From Phallusia mammillata (Eukaryota), in the NCBI GenBank assembly GCA_965637545.1, contig OZ281501.1, positions 17,794,001 to 17,858,000 on the forward strand: a stretch of 64,000 nucleotides of DNA. The letters are read 5' to 3'. Both the position numbers and the translations under genes were made by a program. Below, one piece after another: positions 46,331 to 59,300 of this stretch (positions within the stretch are counted from its first letter, which is position 1; each line of letters starts with the position of its first letter). The notes under the pieces were generated by a model, which searched no databases, was not told the origin of the DNA, and was given only the letters and a program-made list of their open reading frames with translations.

Positions 46331-47549
46331 AAATTCACGTCAACTCTTCTTTTAATCCTTAACACAACGCAAGTTGTTCAACTCGCACAAGGAGTATCCC
46401 CAGTCAAAATAACCGACGATGCAAGGTGAAACATCATGTAGTGTTGGAAAACTAATATTGCTGTAAAAAGTAAAAAGCATTGGTTTACTTTTTTTACTGA
46501 TTTTTAGTCACATTTACTGTGAAAGAATGACAACAATATTAACGAAGCATAGTTTATTTTTTGGTCCGTTATCTAGGTTTTATGCTGGTAAATGTTTTCT
46601 AGAGTAGAATATGCATTTTTGCGCACAAAAAATCATTCTAGGTTGATTAAAATCAGCCTTAGGCGGGATTCGAACCCATGACAGAATTCTGCCTCTCATG
46701 GATAGCTAATTACTCTGATTCCGTATCAGCTTATTTAGGGCCTGGTCAACTGTAATTTACTTGAATATAAACCGAAAAAGGACCTATTTTACATTATTAT
46801 TAATTTTGTTTTGAACATGTTTGAAATGCCGTCTTACAATGTGCATTAGCTTTGAGTCAACGTTAAAAGACTATCATGATAAAAAGAACAATGATGTAGC
46901 CTACAATTTAAGTTAAGGCTATGTTTTTTTATTGATGATATGCAAACTACAATGCTTAAGGCGCAAAATCTAATTTCAAACAGGATAAACCAAAATCACA
47001 TCGTCAAGGTTGCTGGTCAAACTGTGAAAATCAATTGATTTGTTAGCCTATAACGAGTTACAATAAAATTTGTCAACAGTGGCTTTGCGTGAAAACATAA
47101 CTATTGCTTAGCTAATTTTCATTGTTACCATTAGTGTAAAAATCAAAACTGTGAAAATTGTATCAAGAAAAATCAATTTAGGTTAGCCTATAAAGGGAGA
47201 CTAAAAATATTTACAGTATAACATGGATCTCAATCAATATTTATAGGTTGATAGATTGACAAACTCTGTATTTTTTAGATGCACAATAGTCCGTGGTCAA
47301 GAAACGATCGAAAAAGGTTTTGCCCGGTGGAAGGACGGCTTTGTGGTTTGTCCATTTGTCGATGTTGTTCCAATCGTGATCTGTTTACCGCGATGCAAGG
47401 ATCCGGTCACGGGCGAACTGATGCTGAAGAAACTTTACCGCGCCGTAGAGGTGACGTACACAATGAACTTGACGCGTTACGACGGAACCTGGGGATTATA
47501 CGAAGTCCCAGTGGCATGCGTTTGTGCAAAAAACCCGCGTCTCGCGTAA
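46331..47549 (+). CDS. Secreted cystine-knot protein, IL-17-like (divergent); initiator exon unresolved
   Basis: Exon 46331-46425 (KFTSTLLLILNTTQVVQLAQG, signal-peptide-like) splices in phase 2 to 47279-47549. Mature part has six Cys: C..VVCPF..ICLPRCKDPVTGE..YEVPVACVCA*. The CP(W/F), C-x-DPxTG and terminal VPVxCxC pattern is typical of invertebrate IL-17/cystine-knot cytokines (from memory). Confidence 0.72.
46639..46730 (-). mobile_element. Degenerate tRNA-SINE head
   Basis: Minus strand CTGTCATGGGTTCGAATCCCGCCTAAGGCTGATTTTAATCAACCT resembles the T-arm/B-box, acceptor 3' strand and trailing hairpin of the 23046-23118 head; D-arm decayed. Confidence 0.6.
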
Positions 47550-50500
47550 ATCAATTCCCTTCCCACAGAAAAAAAGATGAACGGATAACCGAAGAGTAAC
47601 ACGTTTCCGAAACGGAAATGAAGAGTTTATGACGTCATAATCTTGACTGTGACGTTATAAGTGGCAAGCTGCAATGAGCGCAACTATTTGTTTTTAGTTG
47701 AGCGTTCAATCTCATATCCATATACGTTTACTTGTTTGTTTGTTATTTATCTTTTTGAGAGCAATGTCGATTTTTTTCTTTCTGCCGAAAAATGTGCTGC
47801 ACTAAATTGTGACTGACATTTAAATTATTTAACTCGTCGCAGAATTGTGTTTTATTCTTCTCAGATATTTATGCCCGCAAAAACTTATCTATGTACTGTT
47901 ATTAAATATATTTATCGCTTCAAACAACGCACGTTTGATCTATTTCGGAATTAACCTCATAGAGTTTCTGTTTACCAAAGCAGTCTGGTATATTGCACAG
48001 GAAAATTTCTGACAAACATTCGTGACAGAAGGGAAGTTGTTCCGTTAAACCGTTACTAATTTTGTGAGAGAGATTGTAATCATTGCTACTGGGGCTTTCG
48101 GCAGGAGCTAGTATTTATGGATTTGACCTTATAAGATATAGATAAAAAATTTGACACTTAAAAGTGCAGACCATGAATATTGTCATTAAACTTTGTGGCA
48201 TGGGTTTTACGAATGTCAGATTTTCCGTTTAATGTGTGGTTTTTCGATGTCTTGATTGACGCCAACCCACAAATCCAATTACATTCCTTAACCTAAACAA
48301 GTTCAGTCTCAACGTTTGCAAATTTATCAGTCTATTAGAGGAATCTGTTTGTTTTAGCTCTTACAATACAACTTTAGATAGATGAAACTTTTTTTGTGAT
48401 TAAAACATTGCGATGTGTGCAAGTAAAAGAGGCAAGCACAAAAGTAACCTTTACTGAGCCCTTTTTTTACCCAGAATGAATTTCGATTGGGTATGATAAG
48501 TCCAACAAAAACAAGATATGTTACAATTGCTTACTTGCGGTGTTACTAAATAAATCAATGTTTGAAAATTTTGGTCCTTGGGTTAGTTAGCGGTATGCAA
48601 CATTAAATTTATACTGCTTTTTACGCCACCAAGTGAGCACAGATTTAAAATATAACTGCCGCAAAAGTCAGCAGGGAATTAAATTTGGTTGCAACGTTTA
48701 GTCATTCATCACGTGATATTAGTTGCTAATACAAAGCAAAATGATTTACGAATAACAATAATTGTTGAATGTAGCTGAGTTAAAAAACGTTTTTTTAACC
48801 ACAATGAAGCTCAGTTAAACAGTAGAAAGAAAAAAAGTCATTGCGTTTGAGTGCACATGGGACTATGTTTCGGAAGCATCAGCCAATCAGATTGGCGCAT
48901 TGCAACACGTGGTAATGTACAGGATCCAATCACAGCAGCAACATCAGGCACGTGATTTTTGGCATGAAATATTGATAAGACTACAAATTGAATGGCGGGC
49001 AATCGAATGAGGAGACGGTAGTTGTCCGACATACATTATTAATCTTTGTTTTAACACAGAGTGCTTTAGCGAGGCGGACATCAGAAACAAGGATTTAAAG
49101 CTGGTTGTAAAAAAATGGTGAACATTTGCAAGTCGAAAGTTTGGAGGTTAATTGTTTTGGCTCTTGCAAGCGATTAAGCAAGATGAAAGGTTACACGCGG
49201 AAAAGTTCAATAAATGATGTTGCTGTTAAGCTTTTTGTCAAAAATCATGCATTGGAAATCGGCTGTAGCGTAAAACTAGCTCTTATAGTAACTTTTATAT
49301 TTGCTATTCGTTATGAATTTCTACGATTTAAGTAACATCGTTCCTAATATTTTTGTTTACTTTCTCAACAGATCTTTTTGTTTTGGAACTGTAAAAACAA
49401 TCGTATGTTTCTGTCACATAACATAAACAACGTTTTAGTATCAGGCCAGAGCAAATAGCCTAACTTTCGCGCCAGTGGCCATCTCTGTTACGTAGTAGAT
49501 TAATTGTGACGACATTTCAACGACTTCCCTCCACACATGAGCCATGACAGGAAAAGTTTTTCCCAGCAGTCAGCAGCGTTTACATACAGCAGCAAAGAGG
49601 AACTGTAGGTGAATGCGTTTGGCAATAAGGAAGCCTAAAGTGATGTCCGTGATAAATCAAGTTTTACATACATGACTGCGTGGAGTGCTGCTGAAAATAT
49701 ACACAACAGCATTGACCTGCAACAGAAATCTTTGAACACCATGAAAGTTTCGAACAGCAAGTTTTAACTACATTAGGTATTGGATAGTTAATTGCCAATT
49801 GAACAGTATATTTCAATTTATTGAAAATTGAACAGTGCACTAAAAAGAGTTGCTGGTTACTGGTTTTAAAGTTGACCTTGTAAAATTTGACTTGACCTTG
49901 TTGAGTTTGGAAAGCTAAATGAACTGATGTATACAGTGTTATGATTCTTATCTTTTGCAACATAACCGAAACCAAACAACAAAAAGACCAATAACCATAA
50001 CATTCACAAAGTGCTGACTATAGATTAGTTTAGTAAACCGTTTAATAAGACTTGCAAGTTGCAGTTTATGGTAATTGGCTAAACATGTGGTATTAAGTAA
50101 GGGCTTTATTAACTGATGGCATTAACTTGACAGTCGAACTACAACAGATTATTCCAATGATGACAGTAAAGAACCAGTGTTTAAAAAAGCACATATTGTC
50201 ACCTTTACAGTCGTTCTGCACTTACTTCCTTGAACGTCAGACTGCATTGTGACTGAACAAAAAGCAACCTTTGCACTGTGAAGTCACAATAACGACTTTG
50301 TGCCAATTGTCCTTTACCTGCTCCTTGCACAAAGCAACTGAGCTCTATATATACTTTAAAAAACGGGACCATGGCATCAGAAATTTGGAATTTTACTTCG
50401 CACCTAGGAAACTTGACTTTGCAGCTCTTGAAAGACAAACAGTGGACGAAGTTCCTGCATTAAAGAAGATTTAACAATGGAATAGAGCTTTTCAAAGTCA

Positions 50501-53500
50501 GTTTATTTGAGTAGCGTTCATGTGCTTGTTAGCTTCAGCGGTTAAATCGACATTCTTCCTTAGTTCAACAACCCCAAATACTTCATACTTGTCACTATAT
50601 TTGCACAGTTGTTGTTAGTTCGGTTTGGACGGGTTGATTTTAGTGAATGACATTCACAGACATGTCTGTGCGATTGGTAGTTTGTTTGATATCAAGTAAC
50701 AAGAAAAAGCAAGACAAGCAACTGCATTATGTAATAAAATGTTGGTTTCTTGACTATAAGTTGATGCTCTAACTTCGTGCATTAAACTGTGCCGTTTGGC
50801 AATGACAACAGAGTTTCGTCGGATTAAATTTCGTGGCATCCTTTTCCGGACTGTTTCCGTTTATAGCTGCCATGACAAATCACATGTCCTTACGTCACTT
50901 CTTCTGTGACGTCGCCTTTAGACTTTTGCGGGAGATTTTTTCGTTTCGCCGTGCCCGCTATTTGACGCATTGTTAAGTGTTGCTGTAGTCAATAGTTAAA
51001 GATTGGCTGGTTATTGTTGTTGTTTGAGAACTCATTCAATTGAAAGCAATTGTGACGTAACAGTTAATAACAAAGACTTGGAGGCGGTAAACACTTTCAA
51101 GTGTCTGTCAATGGCCATTGTTTACGAAATCTAGGTCACACTTACGACTTTAAGTAGCAAGACTGGTGGCCAATTTGAAACTTGCCAGTTCGCCATGTTG
51201 TTGTGAAGTGTGGAAGAAATGTGGTGTATTTTGTGTTTTGTTTTGTTGGTAGGAGTAGTTGTGTTTTTAGATCGCCACATGAGCTTTATGTCAGTTGAAT
51301 TGCAAACATTCTGTACAGCGATATAGATTCTGACAATGAACAAATCAACTGGTCTTTCGGGATAGGCGTTTTCTGTTAAACTCATATTGTCAAATGCCGT
51401 ATTTAACTATTTTTACGAGCCTCTTTAAAATAGAGTAGTATTGGAAAGTTTAATAAGTTACATCGTATCAATAGTCAAGTGTTTCTTGGTAAACTTTCTT
51501 AGAAGCAAATAATAACCCGATACCGGTAGAAGCAACTACCAGTTACTGCTTCGTAGTTACTGAAGGAGCACATTGTTTGATCCACAGTTATAGCTGGGAA
51601 AGCCGTTGGCTTCGTCAAAAGAAAAGTTTTCCCGGAGATTTTGGAGTTTAAAAGTTAACTGTAAAGTTTACCGCTGTTTACATTCCTTGTTTACAACCCC
51701 AAATAAAGAAAGCTATGTAACGAAAGGCAACTGTTATAAACCCAAGTCACTTAGTTAACAAACAAGTTACTATCAACAAACTTATTCATTGGGAGTAAAA
51801 AACTGCACGAAAGGCTTCCATAGTCAGTTAAAGGCGCTAGTAGATGCCTGGCGCCTGGAAAGCAGTTCACAAAGTTTCAGTGATGTATCCGTTTGTGTGT
51901 TGTTCGTCTGGTCTGTTGATCACAGTTGGTGGGTGCTAGGCTGTTCGACAAAACAGCATTTTCTCACTACTAAAGCGTGACGCCTATGCTTTCAGCCTTC
52001 CCCTGTCAGTTTGTGTGATAGTAGAGTACAGTAGTCAGCAACAGTTCAAGAAAAACAACTTGATTCAGAGGTCGTTTGTTTTGACTGACTGTAAGTGACA
52101 CAGGAACTTGCTTGGTTGTTTGGTGAACAAGAACCGATCCTGTAACAAGGTTTGATTAAGTAACCAATCTAATCATGTACATGTACAAGGGCCACTTTGT
52201 CTTGCTCAGCATTCAGCACAGCATGATAGCGAACTTACTTTCTAAGGTCCAACTGTTCGTACAGCACCAAGCAGCATAGGAAAAGTTGCTGAGAGAAGAA
52301 GTAGGTTACTGTTTTATCAGGGCAGTATCATAGCCAATTTTATACGATAGTGCTTGTCAATTCATTTAAATCCCGTTTCTACAGTCGAGGTTACATTTTT
52401 TGCGTTATGAAAGTGAACATTTGCCCCTAATGAATTTCAGCTATGCATGAGTTTCCCTTAGACCAAGTTATTTGCATACGTCTCTTTGAAACATCACAAA
52501 GGTATTTGTTTGCTCATTAAACATTTTATTTGCTCATAGCACCAACAACCTAGAGTCCTAGACAGAGCTTCTGAAACACGTGAAGACGTAAAACGACAGG
52601 CAATGATGTGAATGATTGATTTTGTGAACGCCTCGAGCTATCACTTGAGAGGTCGTCCTTCGGAAACACCGAACTCTGATATCTACGTTTACTTTGCCAT
52701 TTCTTAGAGATAAATTATACAAAGCTGAAGCGAGACTGTATGTAAATATTCAAAGGGTTGGTCGTGTAATTGAAATTGCCAATTTGCTGGCCTTTACATA
52801 TACACTGAAAGCGGTACAGAATTACAGCTTAGTGCTACTTTATCAAAGACAGTGGAAAGAGTAGTTTAAGAGTGAAATCAAAGACAACGCTTATTTGGTT
52901 TATTTGTGTGGCTTTATTTTTTTATTATTCTTACTTAGTCACCACAGCATACTAGTCTCAAGTCCACAAAAGTTGTATTCACGTATTGTATTTCGTTCTA
53001 ACTTAAAACGGTTTTACTCAAGTTAAAATAAATCAATCAACAGTTCTTGCTACCAAGGCAAGAATGCCTACTGGTTGGTAGAGCTGTCAGGCTTTTACTT
53101 GGCTCTGTTTAAATACCAGGTCTATATTGACTAGTTTAATTTGCAGAGTGCACCGTGTTTGTACAAGCATAATATGGATTTGTAGTGGGTGGAGTGAGCT
53201 CTTTGCCCAACGTAGTCGCGCAGTTCATCATACTAAAGTACAAGATATCTATCAAAGACAAAAACCTAAAGAAAAAAGACTTCTACTGCTGTGAAAATTT
53301 GGGTCAGCAAAGTGCAGATAACATAGGGACGTTATTGCGTCTTGAGCAGTTTAATGTATGCCACCAATCTGAAAACGCACTAAAGACAGGCCCATAGAGA
53401 TTAATTGAACCAGTTTTTACATTCCGCAATATGGTTGATATTAAACATTGATTAAAACGCCCAAATTGATGCAAAGACCTTAAACCCTTGGCTGGACGAA

Positions 53501-53949
53501 GCCGTTTTGAAATGCCTTTCAATCATCAACGTAACAACAAACGTGTTCATTGTTTTTCAATCATCGTTGTAACAGCTATTGTTTTTGAACTAAACCATGT
53601 AATGCAAAAGTCAGGCATCAAGCATGAAACCGCTTCTTTGTGACGTCGATAAAAGTGATAATGCGGCGCGGTATTGATCCTTGTTACGTCACCACCTGTT
53701 TTTGCTAGCTAATCAATCGAGTCGGACGCTTTATTGATCACAGGTCACTAAGATGGAATGATTTATAATGAAATGATCACGCTATAAACAGCCTTGTCGT
53801 TTCAAGTAACAGTTTGGTGCTAGGTCAAGTCTTAGTTCTGTAGTTGCTTTATAAGTCAGACAAAACTGCAGTCTTTAGTTTGGAGAAAAAGGTTAGACAA
53901 ATACTGTACTCCCTTCCTACATATTTTAAACATTGTCAAAAACGAATTA

Positions 53950-54127
53950 GAACTGTTTTGGCCTGCTGCCAGTGTTGCTGTTAAAAGCATTTTGCAGCAT
54001 TTTAACGACTGCAGAAAAAACAGCAATTTCGCAGAAAAGAAAATTTTAAACGGCTGTAAAAATAATTTGGAACTGTTTTTGCCTGCAGCTAGTGTTGCTG
54101 TTCAATAGCATTTTGCGGCATTTTAAC
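53950..54127. repeat. Imperfect about 57-bp direct repeat, 120-bp period
   Basis: GAACTGTTTT(G/T)GCCTGC..AGTGTTGCTGTT..AGCATTTTGC(A/G)GCATTTTAAC at 53950-54006 and 54070-54127. Confidence 0.85.
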
Positions 54128-54243
54128 TTTAAAACCTACATATGTTATGTTTTTGCAGGCGATTTATAATAACGGGCCTAACTGAATAAGGTGAAACAAA
54201 GCCTTAAAGGAGCAAAGGGCTACGTTTTGCTCATTTGTTTGAA

Positions 54244-57200
54244 ATGAGGCTAACAATGCCATGTGTTTTCCTTGTTATGTTTTCTGGATTGGTCTCATAC
54301 ACGATTATTGCCATTGTCTTCTCGAAAAGCGAATACTACAAACGCAGGTATGTTGGTCAGCCTTTGAACTGGCAGAAATTTTATGCACCATTGCACATAC
54401 TGATTGGTTGACCAGTTTCTGATTTCTCATAAGTTCGCATGGGTGTAACCTTCGAAAATGCAATTACGCGTGTCAAAACGTTAAGCTTGTACTTATTAGC
54501 TATTCTGTTCGTTTCAGTTTAAAACAAAGTTTAAAATGTGGTCTGTATAGCCATTACGACAATAAATTTGGCCTTAACCCAAAATATTCGTTGTATAAAT
54601 TGGAAAATAATGTTGGTTTTGTCAATATGTTTTGCCGAAAATACATCATACAAACAGTAAACAGTATATTTAGCAACGTTACCATGTGTTTTCCGTTTAA
54701 CAGGTTGTCGTACGACCCGTTAATGTTTGGATACATTAACCCAAGACCGCCAAACAGCTACCTGCGTGAACCCAGAAAACTACTCGAGCATGTCTGCGAC
54801 AAAGACCCTTGTTTACAAAACAAAAGTAAGGACAATGATAAACGAATGCAAAGCAATTATGTTTCTACTGTTTGAAAATTGCCAGTAGCTCTTAAAAAGG
54901 TACAGCCCCTGGCTATGAATCACAAGACAGTTGATTGGAGTGTATTATAAAAACATCCATGCCTTTAAGTTAAGTGTATTTTAATAATCAACTCAAGCCC
55001 TATGATATTATACATGACAAGTTGTTGCGTTTTAACTTGAACAAAAGACAACATTAGGGTTAATCAACAACGTTGGAAATTGAAATACTATGACCGAGTA
55101 CAGGAATCAATGCCTATACCCTTGAGGGCTACTGTAGTTTGCATCATAACAATAGTGGTTATAATATCTCTTACACTTATAGCATCTGATATTGATTTTT
55201 ACGTTTTGAGTGCCATTATAGCGAAGGCCTGGCCCTCTTATGTGGCTGTTGTTACTATGAAAAGGCGTTGACAGCGATTTTTAATAACGTTTTATTGTGC
55301 CTTGAATCTGGAAAACGCCACAGATTTGTATAATATTTAACTAAATTCCTGTAAATGTGATTTATTGCGTTTTATAATCACATGACTTAAATTGTACTTT
55401 TAAAACCGAATAGCAAACACTTAAATTTATCTATATGTCTGTGTTATGAAACTAAAGACCAGTTGACTACAATGTGACCTAATGGTGGTTTGAAAGCAAA
55501 TGCCCAGTAAGTAGAACAAGGTGCTTAAATTTCACATGCTTTCTGAATATGCTTGCAAAGCTTACGCAAAAGCAAAAGTTAGAACGTCTTGGTGTATATA
55601 TGTCGTTAAAATATTTTTCCTGAGAAATTCGTTTCGTGGAAACACTGTGCACGTTATGGAATGTTAAACCTCTTATGACGCAACAGGGCATGCAATGTGA
55701 CGTAGAGGTCATCGGGGAATATAATTTAATTACCTTGTTTCTAATTACGTTGGCCATGATTTCACCTTCAACGAAGCATCACAGATCGATTCCAAAGAAA
55801 CGAGTTAGCTTACAATACATTTCACCCAGCAGGTGGTCAAAGTACATTGAGTACAAATTATTCAAACGCATGACCAGTGTAAACCGTTGGAGTTGCAATT
55901 CTAACATGTGAACTGTAAACTTATGGCCTTACTCGCAGGACATACGGCTCTTTTTTAAATGTAATATTTTTAAAAATAAGCAGAATTGCGTTTCTGGCGC
56001 ACTTTCCACTATTTAATGCGGTCCGCAGTACAAATAGGTTTTAAAAGGAAGTCGTCGTTTTCAAAGAAACAGTCACAAATTAAAGTCTCGCAGAACTTTC
56101 CAAGAAATAACTGTACAGAACCAAATGTTATAATATCAACTTACGTTGTATGAGGCAACTGTTGTCAGCTCTTTTTGTCATCAGATGTGGTTTTGGTATA
56201 TATGAAATCGCCAGACTAACGGAAAGCCATCGGTTCGTCATTTCCATAAATTTTGACAGATTGGGCTCCATTGATAATAGAAAAGTGGTAGCCTACTGTC
56301 AGCTGTTCGGTAAATGAATCTACTTGGGCATCTCATTTATATCCAGACCATTTAGTTTTTGGCCCAACCTTAACTGTTCAATGTACAGGCTTCATGCAAA
56401 CGCCAGCTACTTAAAATATGCAATTTAACTTAATTTTAAAGTTAATTACGGGTTATCAGAACATATTCCACAAATTGCATGGGTTGAATGATATATTGCT
56501 GGTTTGCCCGTGAAAAAAAAGGTAAATTGGAAAAACGAAAAACAAGGGTGTTTGACAAGCACTGCCCCGTATAGGCGTAAAATAAAATATATGTGGACTT
56601 TAATGTCACAATAATATGAATTGTTTATCCAAAATTCGCGATAAGACGTTGTTACGGAATTTAAACTATTAAGACAAGACAGAAATGGGCATAACAAAAC
56701 TCATAATTGAGCAATAATGCACTGTATCTGGTATGAGGCGAAACACTTGGACTCTTAAGATATTCTTCTTAGCTCCACATGGTTAACGCTTAGATTTTTT
56801 CTGGATATCAAAAACCCTGTATATAAACCACACATTTATTTGTTCAGGTGTAAACTTCACGCTGGTGACCTTTATCAAGTCCAAGGCCAACTACTTTCAG
56901 CGCAGGGAGTTACTCCGTCGCACGTGGAACGCTGTGAGTTACATGAACGGTGGCAGATTTGAGGCGGTTTTCCTGATGGGCAAAACCTCTCATCCGGCCA
57001 CTCTAAACCTGCTTGATGTGGAGGAGGAACGATATGGGGATATTTTACAATACGACGGGCCTGATGATTACGAGTATGTAGTAACTATGGTATTCATGGC
57101 AAACATTCTGACACGAAACATGCAAGTTATTCTATTTGTAAAAAAATAACGTTTCGACACTTCTTATGTCATTGAACATTTCGTTTAAGTATGTCCTAAG

Positions 57201-58231
57201 AATTGTGGAAACTTTATGTTTTATACAAGTATGTTGGCTTCTCTTTTTTTGTCATGATCTTAAAAGTCTTCAAGTGTGTACCCAGTATAAACATACAATA
57301 CAAAATTGTCTGGTATCCAAATAAAAACGAGTATGTTCAACTTTTTCGTCAATTTGAATTCGGATAAAGCGTCTTGGCTAAAACTATTAAAAAATCTTCA
57401 CTGGTACGAATTTCTTTGTCGACCATGTGTACAGAAAACATTTAACGCTCAAAATTAGACTTAAGTAAGTTAATGTAGGTATTAGGGTTTCTTCAACAAA
57501 TTGCAACGAACGCACCCAAAATGGCACTAAATAAATACAACCTTTTACAAGAGGTCACACAAGTTTATCTACAAGCCAAATATCACACCGAAGTTTGTTC
57601 AAATATCACTTCTTGCTGCTTTTTGTCCTAATCCTACACTTACTCATGAATAACGCATCACTGTTCTTTCATTTGCAGCCTGATGCCCTACAAAGTCCTT
57701 GCGGGAATGGAATGGGCATCCAAACATTTGCCAAGCAACACTCTATACGCGTCGGCCGACGACGATTTTCTGATTGACATCAGGAAAATGACGCATTCCA
57801 TTCAAGAAGTGATGCTGAACGCGACCAAAAGATACAACTCAACTCTACCAATCATGTGTATGTTCATCAAAGGTTTAGAGGAAAAACCTTTAAGGGTGCA
57901 AGGCTGGAAGTGGTACGTTTCATACGACGAGTACCGACCCAATATTTACCCTCCTTACTGCCACGGAGGCATGTACGTCATGTCGTTACCCTTGGCAAAA
58001 GACCTCTACAATACGTCACTAGTGGCGCCCATGTTACGTCTGGATGACGTATGGATTACGGGAATATTACGTCGCAGATTAAATTTTTCCGATCACTTGG
58101 TGCTGAAAATGCCGGAAGTGACGAAACACTTTGGTTCCGTTAATGACGCGGTCCGCGCTGCTATGAGCAAAAAGTGGGATGAGATGAAACGGACGTTCGA
58201 AAATACGACTCAGTGCCAATGTACTTTATGA
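54244..58231 (+). CDS. Beta-1,3-galactosyltransferase-like glycosyltransferase (GT31), type II membrane protein, 334 aa
   Basis: Exons 54244-54347, 54704-54825, 56848-57073, 57679-58231 with consistent phases. N-terminal TM anchor. GT31 motifs IKS..RRELLRRTW, AVFLMG, EEERYGDILQ, K.LAGMEW, SADDDF (DxD), YPPYCHGGMY, LDDVWITGILR. Confidence 0.92.
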
Positions 58232-59035
58232 TGTCACATAACGGTTTATGACGTAATAACCAAAGAAGGGGCCGGTTGAGCCAAGGATTTAAAGGTCAAG
58301 CAGGGTGAAAAGGTTCTTCAACTGCATTTGAGTCATGGTGTCGATATCACAAGTATGGCTGGTTTGACGGGGATATACGTATTTATACACAGTCCTGCAA
58401 TACCGGGTACATTAGACCGATGCCCGTTGTGTCGTATTATGTTATGTTTCTGACCTCAGGATATTGCCTCACTTTTTTAAACGCAATAATACGCTGATTA
58501 TGTGAATTCACAAGCAAAAATGCTACTCAGATGCAAACAGTCATTTTAGCTCGATCAGCCTTTTTTAACAAAACAAATACTTTTAACAAATATTTTCTCT
58601 TTAATATACCAGGCTACAAAACTAAATCGTGTTTTAAAACTGCTACCTGTCATTTAGATCGCATTGAGCTCATATGAATTTGAAACTTGTTTTGGCAAAA
58701 ACAAACAAACTGACAAAATGTACTTTATAACGAATTTCGAACTACAAAGCCAAAACTACGTCCGGACGATTTTTTACAGTTTTTAGCGCTATTACCGCAA
58801 GTGGTGCGTTTTAGACAAATGTTGTATTTTTGTTACGTCGCCTTTATCAAGTGTTAAACTATCGTGAACTACTTCGTACTTTTTTGCTAAATTGCAAATG
58901 AAATGTTGTCATATTAACCCAGCGTTTTGTGTGTATCTAAATGCGAACAGGCCTAAATTGTTTCTACCATTACGTCAAAACCGAAGTTGGTGTTTATCAT
59001 TTATTTTTTACACAAATTTAAAGTTCGGTCTTCTC

Positions 59036-59300
59036 CAGTGGTTTCAAAGTATGTAACAGCGCCACCCTGGGGCCGTTTGCAATCATAAAAGGGTTACTCA
59101 AGATCAAATTGATATTTTGGGGTGCTGCAAGTTAGATACATTGAACAAAAAGTTTTGATGCTTATGTGTTTAAATGACCAGTGTTAGCAATTTGATCATT
59201 TTTTGCAATAATGAATACTTCCAACTTGATAATCTGGTTTATTCCCAGTAAATAAAAATTTTGCTGCTGTCAGGGAGCGGTACTGTTTTGAGGACCACTG
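59036..59300. mobile_element. hAT-type MITE
   Basis: Ends CAGTGGTTTCAAAGT / TGTTTTGAGGACCACTG; no clear TSD. Confidence 0.6.

Noticed and set aside
48860-48960. ER-stress element (ERSE)
   Set aside because: CCAAT and CCACG half-sites are not in the CCAAT-N9-CCACG arrangement.
52600-52680. C/D-box snoRNA candidate (ATGATGT..CTGA); similar idea at 50157-50256
   Set aside because: Imperfect C box or no terminal stem, and no rRNA/snRNA-complementary guide I could identify.
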